64,000 bases of DNA from Nanobdellota archaeon (GCA_038046385.1 JBBSWH010000006.1:125-64124); one strand, 5' to 3'; positions 44,650 through 54,303 are shown, numbered from the stretch's first letter. Numbers and translations are program-made. The notes: generated from the letters alone by a model not told the origin.

Positions 44650-45903
44650 TTAGAGTGATTTTAGACTAACTGAATTTGTTCTGTCTTTGACGTACTGGCT
44701 TGAAACTGCGCTTTTCAAAAGCTGTTCCGGCTTTAGGAACTTTCTTTTTTCTGCTGCAAATATCTTTCCTTTTTTTATGGACGTTTTTTTGTGAAGTTTT
44801 TTGAAATTAACAACATGGTCTTTCATCGACAACGGGGGGCCTTCTAACTCAACTAAACTGCTTAATTGTTTTTTGCTGAAGATGAAATAAAAAGAAGCAT
44901 CTTCGTTCTTTTTCCATTCCCAGGATGAATCTATGATTTTGAAGCTGTTTTTTTCCGCTTCTTTCAGCAAAAACTCGTATGCCTTGAGAAGCTTGCTGCC
45001 GACAACGTCAATCTTTCCCTGCAGCGGCTTTGCTTTTACAATTATGAGCGTATTTTTGCCTTGTTTTGCTGTGAATTTTTCATATAAGTCCTGCTCCAAA
45101 AATGATTTTTCAGACGGGTTTTTAAGAAAATTTTTGGCTGCGATTTTGAATGCTTCAAACTTCTCAGCGCTTAATGCTGCTGATGCGTTCCTGTCCTTCT
45201 GTACAGGGTCTATAACTATCAAAGGAGATATTAATTTTGAAGTGTTCAAAACCCTGAAAACTTCGTCTTTCTTGTAGTATTTTTCAACATCAATAATCAC
45301 CTTCGTTTCCCATTTTGCTGCGTTTTTCATCACACTAAGGAACGAGCCGTAATTAACTGCAAGAATCTCGCACACGTATCCTGAAAATCCCTGTATATGG
45401 CTCTCGGCGCCGTAGATTCCATTGGCTTTGCAGAACTGCTTCATTAATTTCATCTCGTTTGCAAGTTTCTTATGGCGTGCAACCCATTTTGAATGCAACG
45501 GACTTACGTCTGTTATGTTTTTGGCCTGCTTTGAATTTGATATTCCAAGTATCGGGACTATTTCAAACGTAAAGCCTTCTTTTTTTATCTGAAAATAATC
45601 CCTTGAGCCGTGCAGCCTGATTATTTTGAATTTTCTTTTCAGGATTTTTTCCAGAATTTCCGACAATTTGTCGCTTTTGTCCTGGTATTTTTTGTAATTG
45701 AACAAAACAAAAATATCTGCGTCAAAAGTTTTCAGCCAAGTGCCTTTTGCGCCTGATCCGCCAAGAACTGCTTTGAAGTCTTTGCTGCTCTTGTTGATTG
45801 AAGATATTATTTCCCCTATTATTGAGAATATTTTTTGCTCGTATTCCCTGTCAGGCCTTATTCCATCAAGCGCTTTGGAAAGTATATGATTGATGCTTTT
45901 CAT
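44650..45903 (-). CDS. cca: CCA-adding tRNA nucleotidyltransferase (archaeal class I)
   Basis: LGGSGAKGTWLKTFDADIFVLF (class-I NTase GS...DxD motif); about 417 aa. Confidence 0.8.
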   Translation of the reverse strand: MKSINHILSKALDGIRPDREYEQKIFSIIGEIISSINKSSKDFKAVLGGSGAKGTWLKTFDADIFVLFNYKKYQDKSDKLSEILEKILKRKFKIIRLHGSRDYFQIKKEGFTFEIVPILGISNSKQAKNITDVSPLHSKWVARHKKLANEMKLMKQFCKANGIYGAESHIQGFSGYVCEILAVNYGSFLSVMKNAAKWETKVIIDVEKYYKKDEVFRVLNTSKLISPLIVIDPVQKDRNASAALSAEKFEAFKIAAKNFLKNPSEKSFLEQDLYEKFTAKQGKNTLIIVKAKPLQGKIDVVGSKLLKAYEFLLKEAEKNSFKIIDSSWEWKKNEDASFYFIFSKKQLSSLVELEGPPLSMKDHVVNFKKLHKKTSIKKGKIFAAEKRKFLKPEQLLKSAVSSQYVKDRTNSVSLKSL

Positions 45904-45943
45904 TGACAGAACTCATTTTTAATGTTATAAAAAGGTTTGGGTG

Positions 45944-46894
45944 TCATATTGCGCCTTCGTTTACCAGCTTTTTGTTAAATGATATATTGACTATTTCTTC
46001 CTGTATATCTACTATGTATCTTGCTATTTCGAGCATGTTGCTCATTACAATGCTGTCTTTTCCCTTCAGTATCCTGATTTTGATGCTCTTAAGCTTTTCT
46101 TCACCGATTTTCTCGAATATCCCCTTATTGTCCCCCATCAAATAAGATATTGGCCTCTTAAGCTCTTCTCCAAGCACATCAAGGGTTTTGTCCCTATCTT
46201 CAAACTGCTTTTTCGTATCTGAAAGATGCTGGGAAATATTCTCTATGTTATCAGCTATGTTCTCAAGCTTCTTCCCAATGAGAAAATAATAAGGGATAAG
46301 TGAAACATTGGTTATTTTTGAGGATTTAAGCACGCCAGAGTCTGTAAGAGACAGGGATATCATTTTTATCAGAAGATGGTAAAGCCTATCTATCTCGTTT
46401 TCGTTCATTTTTATCTCGTCAATGTCTTTGTTGTCTATCAAATTTGAGATTGATGATTTTATTATGAGGCTTATCCTGTAGATAATCTGCATTATGTCAA
46501 CTTTGGACTTGTCAAGAAGCACTTTTATTATGACGCTGTGGGAATCTTCATAGCTTATTTCAGTGCCGCTCATGTGGCGCAATGATTTTCTTATTCGCAA
46601 TTCAGATTCCTTGCTTAATCCTTTTTTTGAAAATAAGGATATGTTTTCTATGCCAAGATAGTATAATGTGAAAAGCATCTGGTCTATATTTCCAAGATGG
46701 TCGTCGATGTTGAGTTTTATTTCATTTTTTTCTTTTTGAAAAACAGGGTTTGAGGAAAGTATCAGTGTGCGGTCGTCTTTTTCCAGAAATGTTATTTCAC
46801 TTTTTTCCTTTAACTTGTTTTTCACAACCCACTGCTTCGGAAGCGAAACGGAATATGTTGTTCCCGCTATAAGCTGTATTTTTCTTCTTTCCAT
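45944..46894 (-). CDS. AbrB/SpoVT-PhoU fusion regulator (archaeal PhoU-like)
   Basis: N-terminal TYSVSLPKQWVVKNKL (SpoVT/AbrB), followed by two helical PhoU-like repeats. Confidence 0.6.
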   Translation of the reverse strand: MERRKIQLIAGTTYSVSLPKQWVVKNKLKEKSEITFLEKDDRTLILSSNPVFQKEKNEIKLNIDDHLGNIDQMLFTLYYLGIENISLFSKKGLSKESELRIRKSLRHMSGTEISYEDSHSVIIKVLLDKSKVDIMQIIYRISLIIKSSISNLIDNKDIDEIKMNENEIDRLYHLLIKMISLSLTDSGVLKSSKITNVSLIPYYFLIGKKLENIADNIENISQHLSDTKKQFEDRDKTLDVLGEELKRPISYLMGDNKGIFEKIGEEKLKSIKIRILKGKDSIVMSNMLEIARYIVDIQEEIVNISFNKKLVNEGAI

Positions 46895-47150
46895 TGGAGC
46901 TTTAAAATGATTAAACTATATAAATTTTACTATTAGCTATATAGTTTATGTAGAGTAACTATATAAAAATAGCTCAGAATGGTTATATTAGATGGAATAC
47001 AACGAAATGATAAGGACGCTTGCGGCAGTGTATCTGGAAAGCAGGTAATCAGGGTGAGAAAATGAAAAATATGAATAAGATAGAAGAGTCAATGCTTGTC
47101 TCAATTGCAGACTTAAGCGACACGATGGAAGAATTCATGGATAAATAAAA

Positions 47151-49604
47151 CTAAGTGTCCCCGTTTGCTTCTTTCGGAATTTTCACAGCGCTTACAATCT
47201 TATCATTTGTGTCTAGTTTCATTATCCTAACGCCTTGTGTATTTCTTCCTATCAAGGAAATGTCAGTTGCCGGAACTCGTATTATGATGCCTTTCTTGCT
47301 CATAAGGATTATGTCATCATTGTCTGTTATTGGGCATATTGAAACAACATTTCCGTTTCTTTCTGTGCACTGGATGTTGATTACACCTGATCCTCCGCGG
47401 TTTATGAGCCTGTATTCCGATATTGGCGTTCTTTTTCCGTAGCCGTTCTCTGTGACTGTCAATAATGCTTTTTCATCAGAAGCTACAACCATTCCTATAA
47501 CCTCGTCCTTGTCCTTAAGGGTTATTCCTCTTACTCCCTGTGCGCTTCTTCCGGTCGGCCTTACGTCTTTTTCCTCGAATCTTACAGCATTTCCGTTTTT
47601 TGTAGCAAGCATTATCTGCTGGTTTCCGTCTGTCATTTCAACGTGGATTAATTCATCTTTTTCATCAAGAGTTATTGCGACAATTCCTGTTTTTCTCGGG
47701 TTGCTGTATGCCATAAGCTCTGTTTTCTTCACAGTCCCGTTTCTTGTTGACATTATCAGGAATTTTCCAGTGTCAAATTTTCTTACCGGAACAAATGCAG
47801 TCACGTACTCATCATTTTTCAGCTCAAGCAGATTTACTATGGCTTTTCCCATTGCCTGCCTGCTCGCTTCAGGAAGATTATAGACTTTGAGCCAGTAAAC
47901 TTTTCCTTTGTTTGTGAAAAACAATATGAAAGAATGGGTGCTTGCGACAAACATATCCTTTACAATGTCTTCTTCCTTTGTTGCAGTTCCTATTATTCCT
48001 TTTCCGCCCCTTCTCTGCATCTTGTAAGTCTGTAACGGAAGCCTTTTGATGTATCCTGAATTTGTTATTGTTATTGTCATCTCTTCTTCTTTAATCAGGT
48101 CTTCATTCTCAAGAACGGCGTTTTCTGCTTCCATTATCTGAGTTCTTCTTTTGTCGCTGTATTTTTCCTTCAGAGCTGCAAGCTCGCTTTTTATCAGGCT
48201 GAGGATTTTTTTAGGATTGGAAAGAATTGATTCGAGCTCTTCAATAAGCTTCAAAAGCCCCTTGTGCTCGTCTTTTATTTTTTCCTGCTCCAAAGAAGTT
48301 AATCTCTGCAGCCTCATTTCAAGTATTGCGTTTGACTGCTCTATAGTAAGCGAAAAACTCTTTATTAACGACTCACGGGCATTGTCAACTGATTTGCTTT
48401 CCTTGATTAATTTGATAACATTAGTTATGTTTGATAATGCAATTATAAGCCCTTCAAGAATATGGACACGCATCTGCGCCTTGTTCAAGTCAAACAAAGT
48501 TCTTTTTCTTATGACATCTTTTCTGTGATCTATGTATTGGTATACGAGCTCTTTCAAATTCAAAACTTTTGGCTCGTTGTTGACAAGCGCAAGCATTATT
48601 ATTCCAAAAGTTGTCTGCATTCTTGTGTGCTGGAAAAGCTGATTTAAGACGACGTTTGCATCAGCATCTCTTTTCAGCTCTATAACAACCCTTATGCCGT
48701 GCCTGTCTGACTCGTCTCTTATGTCTGATATTCCAATAATTCTCTTGTCCCTCACAAGGTCAGCCATCTCTTCAAGAAGCTCTGACTTGTTGACCATGAA
48801 CGGGATTTCGTTTATGATTATGTCGCTTCTGCTTTTTTCCGGCTTAATCTCTGTTTTTGCCCTTACAAGAATCTTGCCCCTTCCGGTAAAGTAGGCGCTT
48901 TTGATTCCCTCCCTGCCGCATATAATCCCGCCTGTAGGAAAATCAGGCCCCTGAACTGACATCATTAATTCTCCTATAGAAATTTCAGGATTGTCTATCT
49001 GCATCACCACAGCATCAATAATTTCTCCAAGATTATGAGGAGGAATGTTTGTTGCCATGCCGACTGCAATTCCTGAGCTTCCGTTTACAAGAAGATTCGG
49101 GATTTTTGAAGGGAGAAGGATTGGCTCGCTTGTGCTGTTGTCAAAGTTTGGAATAAACTTTACTGTTTTTTTGTCGATATCTTCCAGCATTTCCTCTGCA
49201 ATAGTCTTCAATCTGCATTCTGTGTAACGCATTGCAGCTGCCCTGTCGCCGTCAATAGAACCCCAATTGCCCTGACCGTCTATCAAAGGGTATCTTAGCG
49301 AGAAATCCTGCGCTAAACGGGTCATGGTGTCATAAATAGCTGCGTCACCATGGGGATGAAATTTGCTCATGGTCTGACCGCATACGTAAGCTGATTTTCT
49401 GTAAGGTTTATTATGAAGTAATCCTGACTCCCACATTGCATACAAAACACGCCTGTGGACTGGTTTAAGCCCGTCCCTGGCATCTGGAAGCGCTCTGCCA
49501 ACTATAACAGACATAGAGTAGTCTAAATACGCTTTTTTCATCTCGTCTTGGATGATTCTGGGCACTATTTTTGTGCCTAATTGGCTTCCTTGATTTTCTG
49601 TCAT
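47151..49604 (-). CDS. gyrA: DNA gyrase subunit A
   Basis: DGLKPVHRRVLYAM, active-site AAMRYTECRL and a C-terminal beta-pinwheel repeat region; 817 aa. No gyrB in the window. Confidence 0.95.
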   Translation of the reverse strand: MTENQGSQLGTKIVPRIIQDEMKKAYLDYSMSVIVGRALPDARDGLKPVHRRVLYAMWESGLLHNKPYRKSAYVCGQTMSKFHPHGDAAIYDTMTRLAQDFSLRYPLIDGQGNWGSIDGDRAAAMRYTECRLKTIAEEMLEDIDKKTVKFIPNFDNSTSEPILLPSKIPNLLVNGSSGIAVGMATNIPPHNLGEIIDAVVMQIDNPEISIGELMMSVQGPDFPTGGIICGREGIKSAYFTGRGKILVRAKTEIKPEKSRSDIIINEIPFMVNKSELLEEMADLVRDKRIIGISDIRDESDRHGIRVVIELKRDADANVVLNQLFQHTRMQTTFGIIMLALVNNEPKVLNLKELVYQYIDHRKDVIRKRTLFDLNKAQMRVHILEGLIIALSNITNVIKLIKESKSVDNARESLIKSFSLTIEQSNAILEMRLQRLTSLEQEKIKDEHKGLLKLIEELESILSNPKKILSLIKSELAALKEKYSDKRRTQIMEAENAVLENEDLIKEEEMTITITNSGYIKRLPLQTYKMQRRGGKGIIGTATKEEDIVKDMFVASTHSFILFFTNKGKVYWLKVYNLPEASRQAMGKAIVNLLELKNDEYVTAFVPVRKFDTGKFLIMSTRNGTVKKTELMAYSNPRKTGIVAITLDEKDELIHVEMTDGNQQIMLATKNGNAVRFEEKDVRPTGRSAQGVRGITLKDKDEVIGMVVASDEKALLTVTENGYGKRTPISEYRLINRGGSGVINIQCTERNGNVVSICPITDNDDIILMSKKGIIIRVPATDISLIGRNTQGVRIMKLDTNDKIVSAVKIPKEANGDT

Positions 49605-49884
49605 TTTTTTAGAATTTAAAAATTGATTTATCGTCTATAATAAGGGAGTTTTCTTGCTTTATAAGGGTTATGCTTTATTTATTATTTTCTATATTGAAAG
49701 TAAGCACTGGACATCCTTGGATGAAATATTTAAAGCAAGACAATACCAAAATAATACACGCAAAACTGCCAAATTATAATTTTCGCTAAAGCTGAAAATC
49801 AATTACGCAGTTTCGCTTGATGTTTTATTTTGCCTTTAAATTTCTTTCAGTGACTGAAAAGAAATTTTATTTGAGGTAATAAAA

Positions 49885-50853
49885 ATGGAATATGTAAACG
49901 GAATTAAATACAACTTATCTGAATATAATTGCAGATGTCCTGTATGCGATAAGCCGCATAATAATGATAAATGCCTTGCTGACCATATATTCCATAGGAA
50001 TCTAAGAGACCCTGAGCATTTCAAACTCGCTAAATTTTTAAGGAAGATGTACGAATATAAATTCTTACAAAAAGCTAAAAAGAAATGTCCAGTATGCAAT
50101 AAACTCTGTTCAAGAAATTTAGGCGGGCATCTTGTTCGAGTGCATAAATATTTTTATGAAGAGCAGAAGAACCTTGCGATTAAATATTTTTTAGACAATA
50201 AATCCCCGCCTGAAATAGAAAAATTAGATGGAATTTATTTAAATAAGAGAACAATTTTTAACCATCTAAATAGAAAATTGGGGCATGTAAAATTCCTAAC
50301 TATTTCGAAAGCTATATTCAGCCAAAAAAGAAAAAATTACTGGAAATCTTTTTCGAAAGAAGAACGCAAAAATAAAATGGGATTGGTAAGGCATGCTGAA
50401 TGGGGCAACTTAACTTCTGAGCAAAGAAAAAAACATCCTTGGGTTATAGCTGGAAGAAAAGCTTCTTTGGAATCCAGCATCAGAGGCTCCAGAAACCAAA
50501 AATATGCCTTTGAATTGTTAAAGTCAATACTTCCAGAATACAACTGGGTTTACAATTATGCCATAGACGATAACTGGCAGATAGATATAGCAGCTCCTGA
50601 ACGTAGGATATTCATTGAGTGGGACGGCAGGCACCACAGGATACCAATACATGGTGAAGGTTGTCTCAATAACAGAAAGAATAGAGATAAAAGAAAGGAT
50701 AAAATTATTCTAGAAAAGTTTGGTGTACCTATAATAAGAATTGAAGATGAAGGGAGATTTAATAAGATATTTGTAGAAGAAAAAATAGGCCGTATAATTG
50801 GTATATTGAATAGAAAATTAGTTGTTAATGTAATTTCTTTGAATAAATCGTAA
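49885..50853 (+). CDS. Zinc-finger protein with a C-terminal Vsr/DUF559-like (PD-(D/E)xK) endonuclease domain
   Basis: Two C2H2-like fingers (CPVCDKPHNNDKCLADHIFH; CPVCNKLCSRNLGGHLVRVH). C-terminal WQIDIAAPERRIFIEWDGRHH...RDKRKDKIILEKFGVPIIRIED resembles DUF559/Vsr-type nucleases. Confidence 0.55.
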   Translation: MEYVNGIKYNLSEYNCRCPVCDKPHNNDKCLADHIFHRNLRDPEHFKLAKFLRKMYEYKFLQKAKKKCPVCNKLCSRNLGGHLVRVHKYFYEEQKNLAIKYFLDNKSPPEIEKLDGIYLNKRTIFNHLNRKLGHVKFLTISKAIFSQKRKNYWKSFSKEERKNKMGLVRHAEWGNLTSEQRKKHPWVIAGRKASLESSIRGSRNQKYAFELLKSILPEYNWVYNYAIDDNWQIDIAAPERRIFIEWDGRHHRIPIHGEGCLNNRKNRDKRKDKIILEKFGVPIIRIEDEGRFNKIFVEEKIGRIIGILNRKLVVNVISLNKS

Positions 50854-51056
50854 AGTTTAAAATAAGATTTGATTTAGATGATAATGTGGCAATTGATACT
50901 TATATAATAGCTGCAATAGTGGCTTTCTTTATAGCAGCACAAATATATCTAAAGAAACATAGAGGGAAAAACTGGCAGAGAGAATATCTGAATAACAAAA
51001 AAGAGTATATCGAGAAAAATTATCCTAAAGGACCCAAAAAATAGCTATGTTCAAAT

Positions 51057-51197
51057 TCAAATCTTCTTTATAATATGAATATTGACGCTGAACGAATGCC
51101 CGCAATAAACGCACCTTTTTTTCTTTTTGATTAAACTAGTGTCAGCATTCTGATATTTCATCCTGTTGCTGCACTTTGGGCATTGCAAAAGAAACAT
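51057..51197 (-). CDS. Small (46 aa) zinc-ribbon protein downstream of scpB
   Basis: Manual reading: MFLLQCPKCSNRMKYQNADTSLIKKKKRCVYCGHSFSVNIHIIKKI (CPKC...CVYC). ATG lies 5 nt after the scpB stop. Below the ORF-track size cut-off. Confidence 0.45.
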   Translation of the reverse strand: MFLLQCPKCSNRMKYQNADTSLIKKKKRCVYCGHSFSVNIHIIKKI

Positions 51198-51202
51198 TTC
51201 AA

Positions 51203-52195
51203 TCACTGCCCTTCATTATGAACCGGGGGCCTTGGCTGGCCTGCGCTTTCAGGGTGAACAATCTTCTCAACCTTTTCATCAACAATTTTTTCCATTTCAG
51301 GAGTTAATTTTATTCCCTCGCTTTTTTTCTTCTGTTTTTTGTGAACTTGATTTTGGCTTGCTTCTGGAACGCTCGAATCTATTTTAGTTTCTACTTGTTC
51401 GTTTGCTCCTTTTTCTTTTGTTTCCTCTTCTTTTATTTCGCTTTTTGATTTTTCATAAACTTCAAGATTATCCAATTTTTCTGTGTCAACTATAACTTCT
51501 GCTTCTGCTGAAGTTTCTTCTTTCTTTCCGTACGCTTCAACCGGAATCTTGTAATCAATGTCAGCGTCATCAAGGCTTTCTATTTCCTGCTTGATATTTT
51601 CATCTTCTTTCTTAAGGTCTTCGGCTCTTTTTCTCTGGTCTTCTTTTATTCTTTTTACGTCTTCTTCCTTGCCTTTGATTTCTGTTGCAATGCTGGCAAA
51701 GTCCTTGAATTTTTCCCTTAGGTTTTCTTCTGTAAGATCAAAATACTTGAAGAATTTGTCAGTCAATTTTATTAAATTAGTGCGGCCGCGCTTCTGCCTC
51801 GATATATAGCCTGATTTTTCCAGCTCAACAAGATGGTCATATGCCTTGTTTGTTCTTAATTTTATCAAATCAGACTGCAATATAGGATATTTGAATGCTA
51901 TGACTGCAAGCGTTTCCATAACGCTTCTTGTAAGCTCTGTTTCTGTCACAATCTTCCTGACCATTGGAATAAAATGGTCTCTTATCGTAAATTTCCAGAA
52001 TTCTCCTTCCTGCACAAGCATTAAGCTTGACTGCTTTGACTCATACTCGCCTTGAAGCTCTTCCAATGCCTGCTGAACTTCTTCTTTTCTAGAACGGCAC
52101 AGCTTGCTTACTTCTTCAAGGGCCATTCTATGCCCTGATGAGAAAAGAACAGCTTCTGCCCTGCTTTTGACACTTGTTTTTTTTAAGTCTATCAT
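51203..52195 (-). CDS. scpB: Segregation and condensation protein B-like (ScpB) with a long charged C-terminal tail
   Basis: RAEAVLFSSGHRMALEEV and two winged-helix units (ETLAVIAFKYPILQSDLIKLR...LEKSGYISR). The last roughly 170 aa are E/K/D-rich. Confidence 0.7.
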   Translation of the reverse strand: MIDLKKTSVKSRAEAVLFSSGHRMALEEVSKLCRSRKEEVQQALEELQGEYESKQSSLMLVQEGEFWKFTIRDHFIPMVRKIVTETELTRSVMETLAVIAFKYPILQSDLIKLRTNKAYDHLVELEKSGYISRQKRGRTNLIKLTDKFFKYFDLTEENLREKFKDFASIATEIKGKEEDVKRIKEDQRKRAEDLKKEDENIKQEIESLDDADIDYKIPVEAYGKKEETSAEAEVIVDTEKLDNLEVYEKSKSEIKEEETKEKGANEQVETKIDSSVPEASQNQVHKKQKKKSEGIKLTPEMEKIVDEKVEKIVHPESAGQPRPPVHNEGQ

Positions 52196-52764
52196 GCCAA
52201 TGAATAGATTTCCTTCTCTTTTTTAATTTTGTTTTCCTTGAGAAGATTGCCAAGAAACATTTCAAGCTCTTTCATGTGTATTCCTGTTATTTTTGAAAGC
52301 TGCTCTGCTGTAAAAGAGTTTACCTTGAGGCAAATTAAAATTGAGTTGTGGATTATTGCCTGCATGTTTTTTTTGAGGAAATCATTTTCTGACTTCTGCT
52401 TCTTTACTACCATGTCAACATTATGCAGCCTTGCCTGCAGATCATTCAGGAAGTTTGACAGTTCCCTGTCTGACATTGTAAAATGCTCCGGCTTTAATAT
52501 GTCGATTGATGACGGCATGTATTCAAAACAGAATCCAATAAGCTTCTTTGTTCCTTTTATTACCAGTTCAAGCTCAACAAACCCTGTCCATAGGCTTTCT
52601 TTTTCCTCAATATCAGAATAATGCTCGTTAAGGATTACAAGCTCTGAATCTTCCTTTATGTGCTCTATGTATTTATTCAAAGAATCCTGCACGTATTCTT
52701 TTGGCTTTCCGAGGACTTCTATTATTGTCCTGCACCTTATGTGATCTAATTTCATGTTTGGCAT
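52192..52764 (-). CDS. Hypothetical protein with a C-terminal winged-helix-like segment, translationally coupled to scpB
   Basis: ATGA overlap at 52192-52195. FTAEQLSKITGIHMKELEMFLGNLLKENKI is HTH-like. No ScpA (kleisin) motifs recognised. Confidence 0.4.
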   Translation of the reverse strand: MPNMKLDHIRCRTIIEVLGKPKEYVQDSLNKYIEHIKEDSELVILNEHYSDIEEKESLWTGFVELELVIKGTKKLIGFCFEYMPSSIDILKPEHFTMSDRELSNFLNDLQARLHNVDMVVKKQKSENDFLKKNMQAIIHNSILICLKVNSFTAEQLSKITGIHMKELEMFLGNLLKENKIKKEKEIYSLA

Positions 52765-52940
52765 GGCTGTTCAGAAAGGATATTCCTTTAAAAGGTTTTT
52801 GGGTGGTTTTGGTTTTTTGAAGTGTTGTTATGCTTTATTTTCATATATAATTTTTTAACACCATATTAAACAGCCACTATTATGTAATGCTCACAAAAGT
52901 TTTAATAAAAAACAGTTAATATAGTGTATAGGTGCACTTA

Positions 52941-53561
52941 GTGGGTTTTTTAAAGTTCTTGAAAAAGGAAAGGGGAAGGGAATCTATAGATGAATTAGAT
53001 TTACCTCCGGCACCGCCGCCATTAGACGGGTTTGATGACAAGGATAGGGGGATGGATTTTCCTGATATAAAAATGGATGACATGTCAAAAGACATGCCGG
53101 ACTTTGATTTTCCTGATAAGGCTCCTGAAAGCACGCATCCTGATGACAAAATGGATTTTGGCTTTGATGATGACCAGATAAAAATGCCTGATGCTCCCGC
53201 TTTCCAGCAGCCTATGCAGCAGGAAAGGCATTCTTATAATGAACCGGGACTGCAGGCTGAAGCAATGCCTGCACCAAGAATTGTGCAAAAGCCTGCTGTT
53301 GATTTTGAGCCAAAACATGCAAAGCCGCTGCACGAGGATGCAAGAAGCAGAACAATGTATGTCAGAGTTGACAAATTCAGGCTCCTATTGGGAACAATAA
53401 ATGTTGTGAGAAGCGACTTGAGAAAATCAGATGAAGCACTGATGAAGCTTGAGAGCATGAAGACGAATGTTGACAGGTCTTTTGACAAAATGAAAGCTTC
53501 GCTTCACGATTTGCAGAAGAAACTTATTTTCGTTGACAAAACTTTATTCAAAGGTGATTAA
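52941..53561 (+). CDS. Acidic protein with an N-terminal amphipathic/LPPAPPP motif and a C-terminal coiled-coil module (paralog family member 1)
   Basis: No ATG near the 5' end. GTG at 52932 or 52941 (MGFLKFLKKERGRESIDELDLPPAPPPLDGFDD). The C-terminal 70 aa (MYVRVDKFRLLLGTINVVRSDL...LQKKLIFVDKTLF) align with 53564..53797. Confidence 0.45.
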   Translation: MGFLKFLKKERGRESIDELDLPPAPPPLDGFDDKDRGMDFPDIKMDDMSKDMPDFDFPDKAPESTHPDDKMDFGFDDDQIKMPDAPAFQQPMQQERHSYNEPGLQAEAMPAPRIVQKPAVDFEPKHAKPLHEDARSRTMYVRVDKFRLLLGTINVVRSDLRKSDEALMKLESMKTNVDRSFDKMKASLHDLQKKLIFVDKTLFKGD

Positions 53562-53563
53562 AA

Positions 53564-53797
53564 ATGAAGGAAAGAGGAGCGCCTGTTTTCGTGAAAGTCG
53601 AGGAGTACAAGGATATACTTGACACGCTGGACATGATAAGGGACAAAGTAAGAGAAATAAAAGAAACCCTCGGCGAGATAGACGGGCTAAGGGAAGAGGA
53701 AGGATCAGAGCTTTCGATGTGGCGCAGTGTAATAAGCGACATAGAAAAAAAAGTTGAAAATATTGACAGAGTGATGTACGAGCCTGAACAATTATGA
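53564..53797 (+). CDS. Small coiled-coil protein (paralog family member 2)
   Basis: VFVKVEEYKDILDTLDMIRDKVREIKETL...IEKKVENIDRVMY is collinear with the C-terminus of 52941..53561. Confidence 0.45.
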   Translation: MKERGAPVFVKVEEYKDILDTLDMIRDKVREIKETLGEIDGLREEEGSELSMWRSVISDIEKKVENIDRVMYEPEQL

Positions 53798-54186
53798 TAA
53801 AGAAGCCGCAGAAGGAAGAATATTTTGTAGAAATAAAAGATCCTAATGAGGTCAGAAGGCATGTACTTGAAGCGCTGAAGGATATTCTTGAAGTAATGCA
53901 CCAGTTTGAGAAATTAAGACAAATAAGACACAAGAAATTAGAAGCAGTTCAGAAATTAAGGGCATCAATGAGGGCTGCAAACAGGATGATGGGAGATTTA
54001 AAATCGATGCTTCCGCAGACGAGCATGAAGCCTGCTGCTGTTGCTGAAGAGCCGAAGAAGCCAAAACACCATGCAAAGAAGAAAGTTCCCCATGAAGAAA
54101 AGCCACAGAAAAAAGAATTGACTGAGCTGGAAAAGCTTGAAGCGGAATTAAACGCGATTGAAGGCAAACTTAAGGGTTTGAATTAG
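53794..54186 (+). CDS. Small coiled-coil protein (paralog family member 3) with a basic linker and a second helix
   Basis: ATGA overlap with the upstream gene. YFVEIKDPNEVRRHVLEALKDILEVMHQFEKLRQI... shows the same pattern but is more diverged. Confidence 0.4.
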   Translation: MIKKPQKEEYFVEIKDPNEVRRHVLEALKDILEVMHQFEKLRQIRHKKLEAVQKLRASMRAANRMMGDLKSMLPQTSMKPAAVAEEPKKPKHHAKKKVPHEEKPQKKELTELEKLEAELNAIEGKLKGLN

Positions 54187-54303
54187 AAGATTTCTATTAT
54201 TTTAAATTAATTTTTAGTTATTGTTTTTGTGATTTTAATTTTCCGTGCACTAAAAAATGCCTTGCATTTTTGGTGCCACAAAAATTCTTTTGGAATTTTT
54301 TAT

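Noticed and set aside
46990-47147. Two tiny plus-strand ORFs (18 and 28 codons) between the PhoU-like gene and gyrA, and a search there for C/D-box sRNA motifs.
   Set aside because: They are too short and featureless to support, and no convincing RUGAUGA...CUGA box pair was found.
50886-51044. Possible 52-codon TM mini-ORF (VAIDTYIIAAIVAFFIAAQIYLKK...) downstream of the Zn-finger nuclease gene.
   Set aside because: There is only a GTG start, no recognisable promoter spacing and no motif. It is mentioned but not called.
52192-52764. Calling this scpB-coupled gene scpA (kleisin).
   Set aside because: I could not find any ScpA-like N-terminal helical or C-terminal winged-helix kleisin pattern, and the size (190 aa) is short. 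It is kept as hypothetical.
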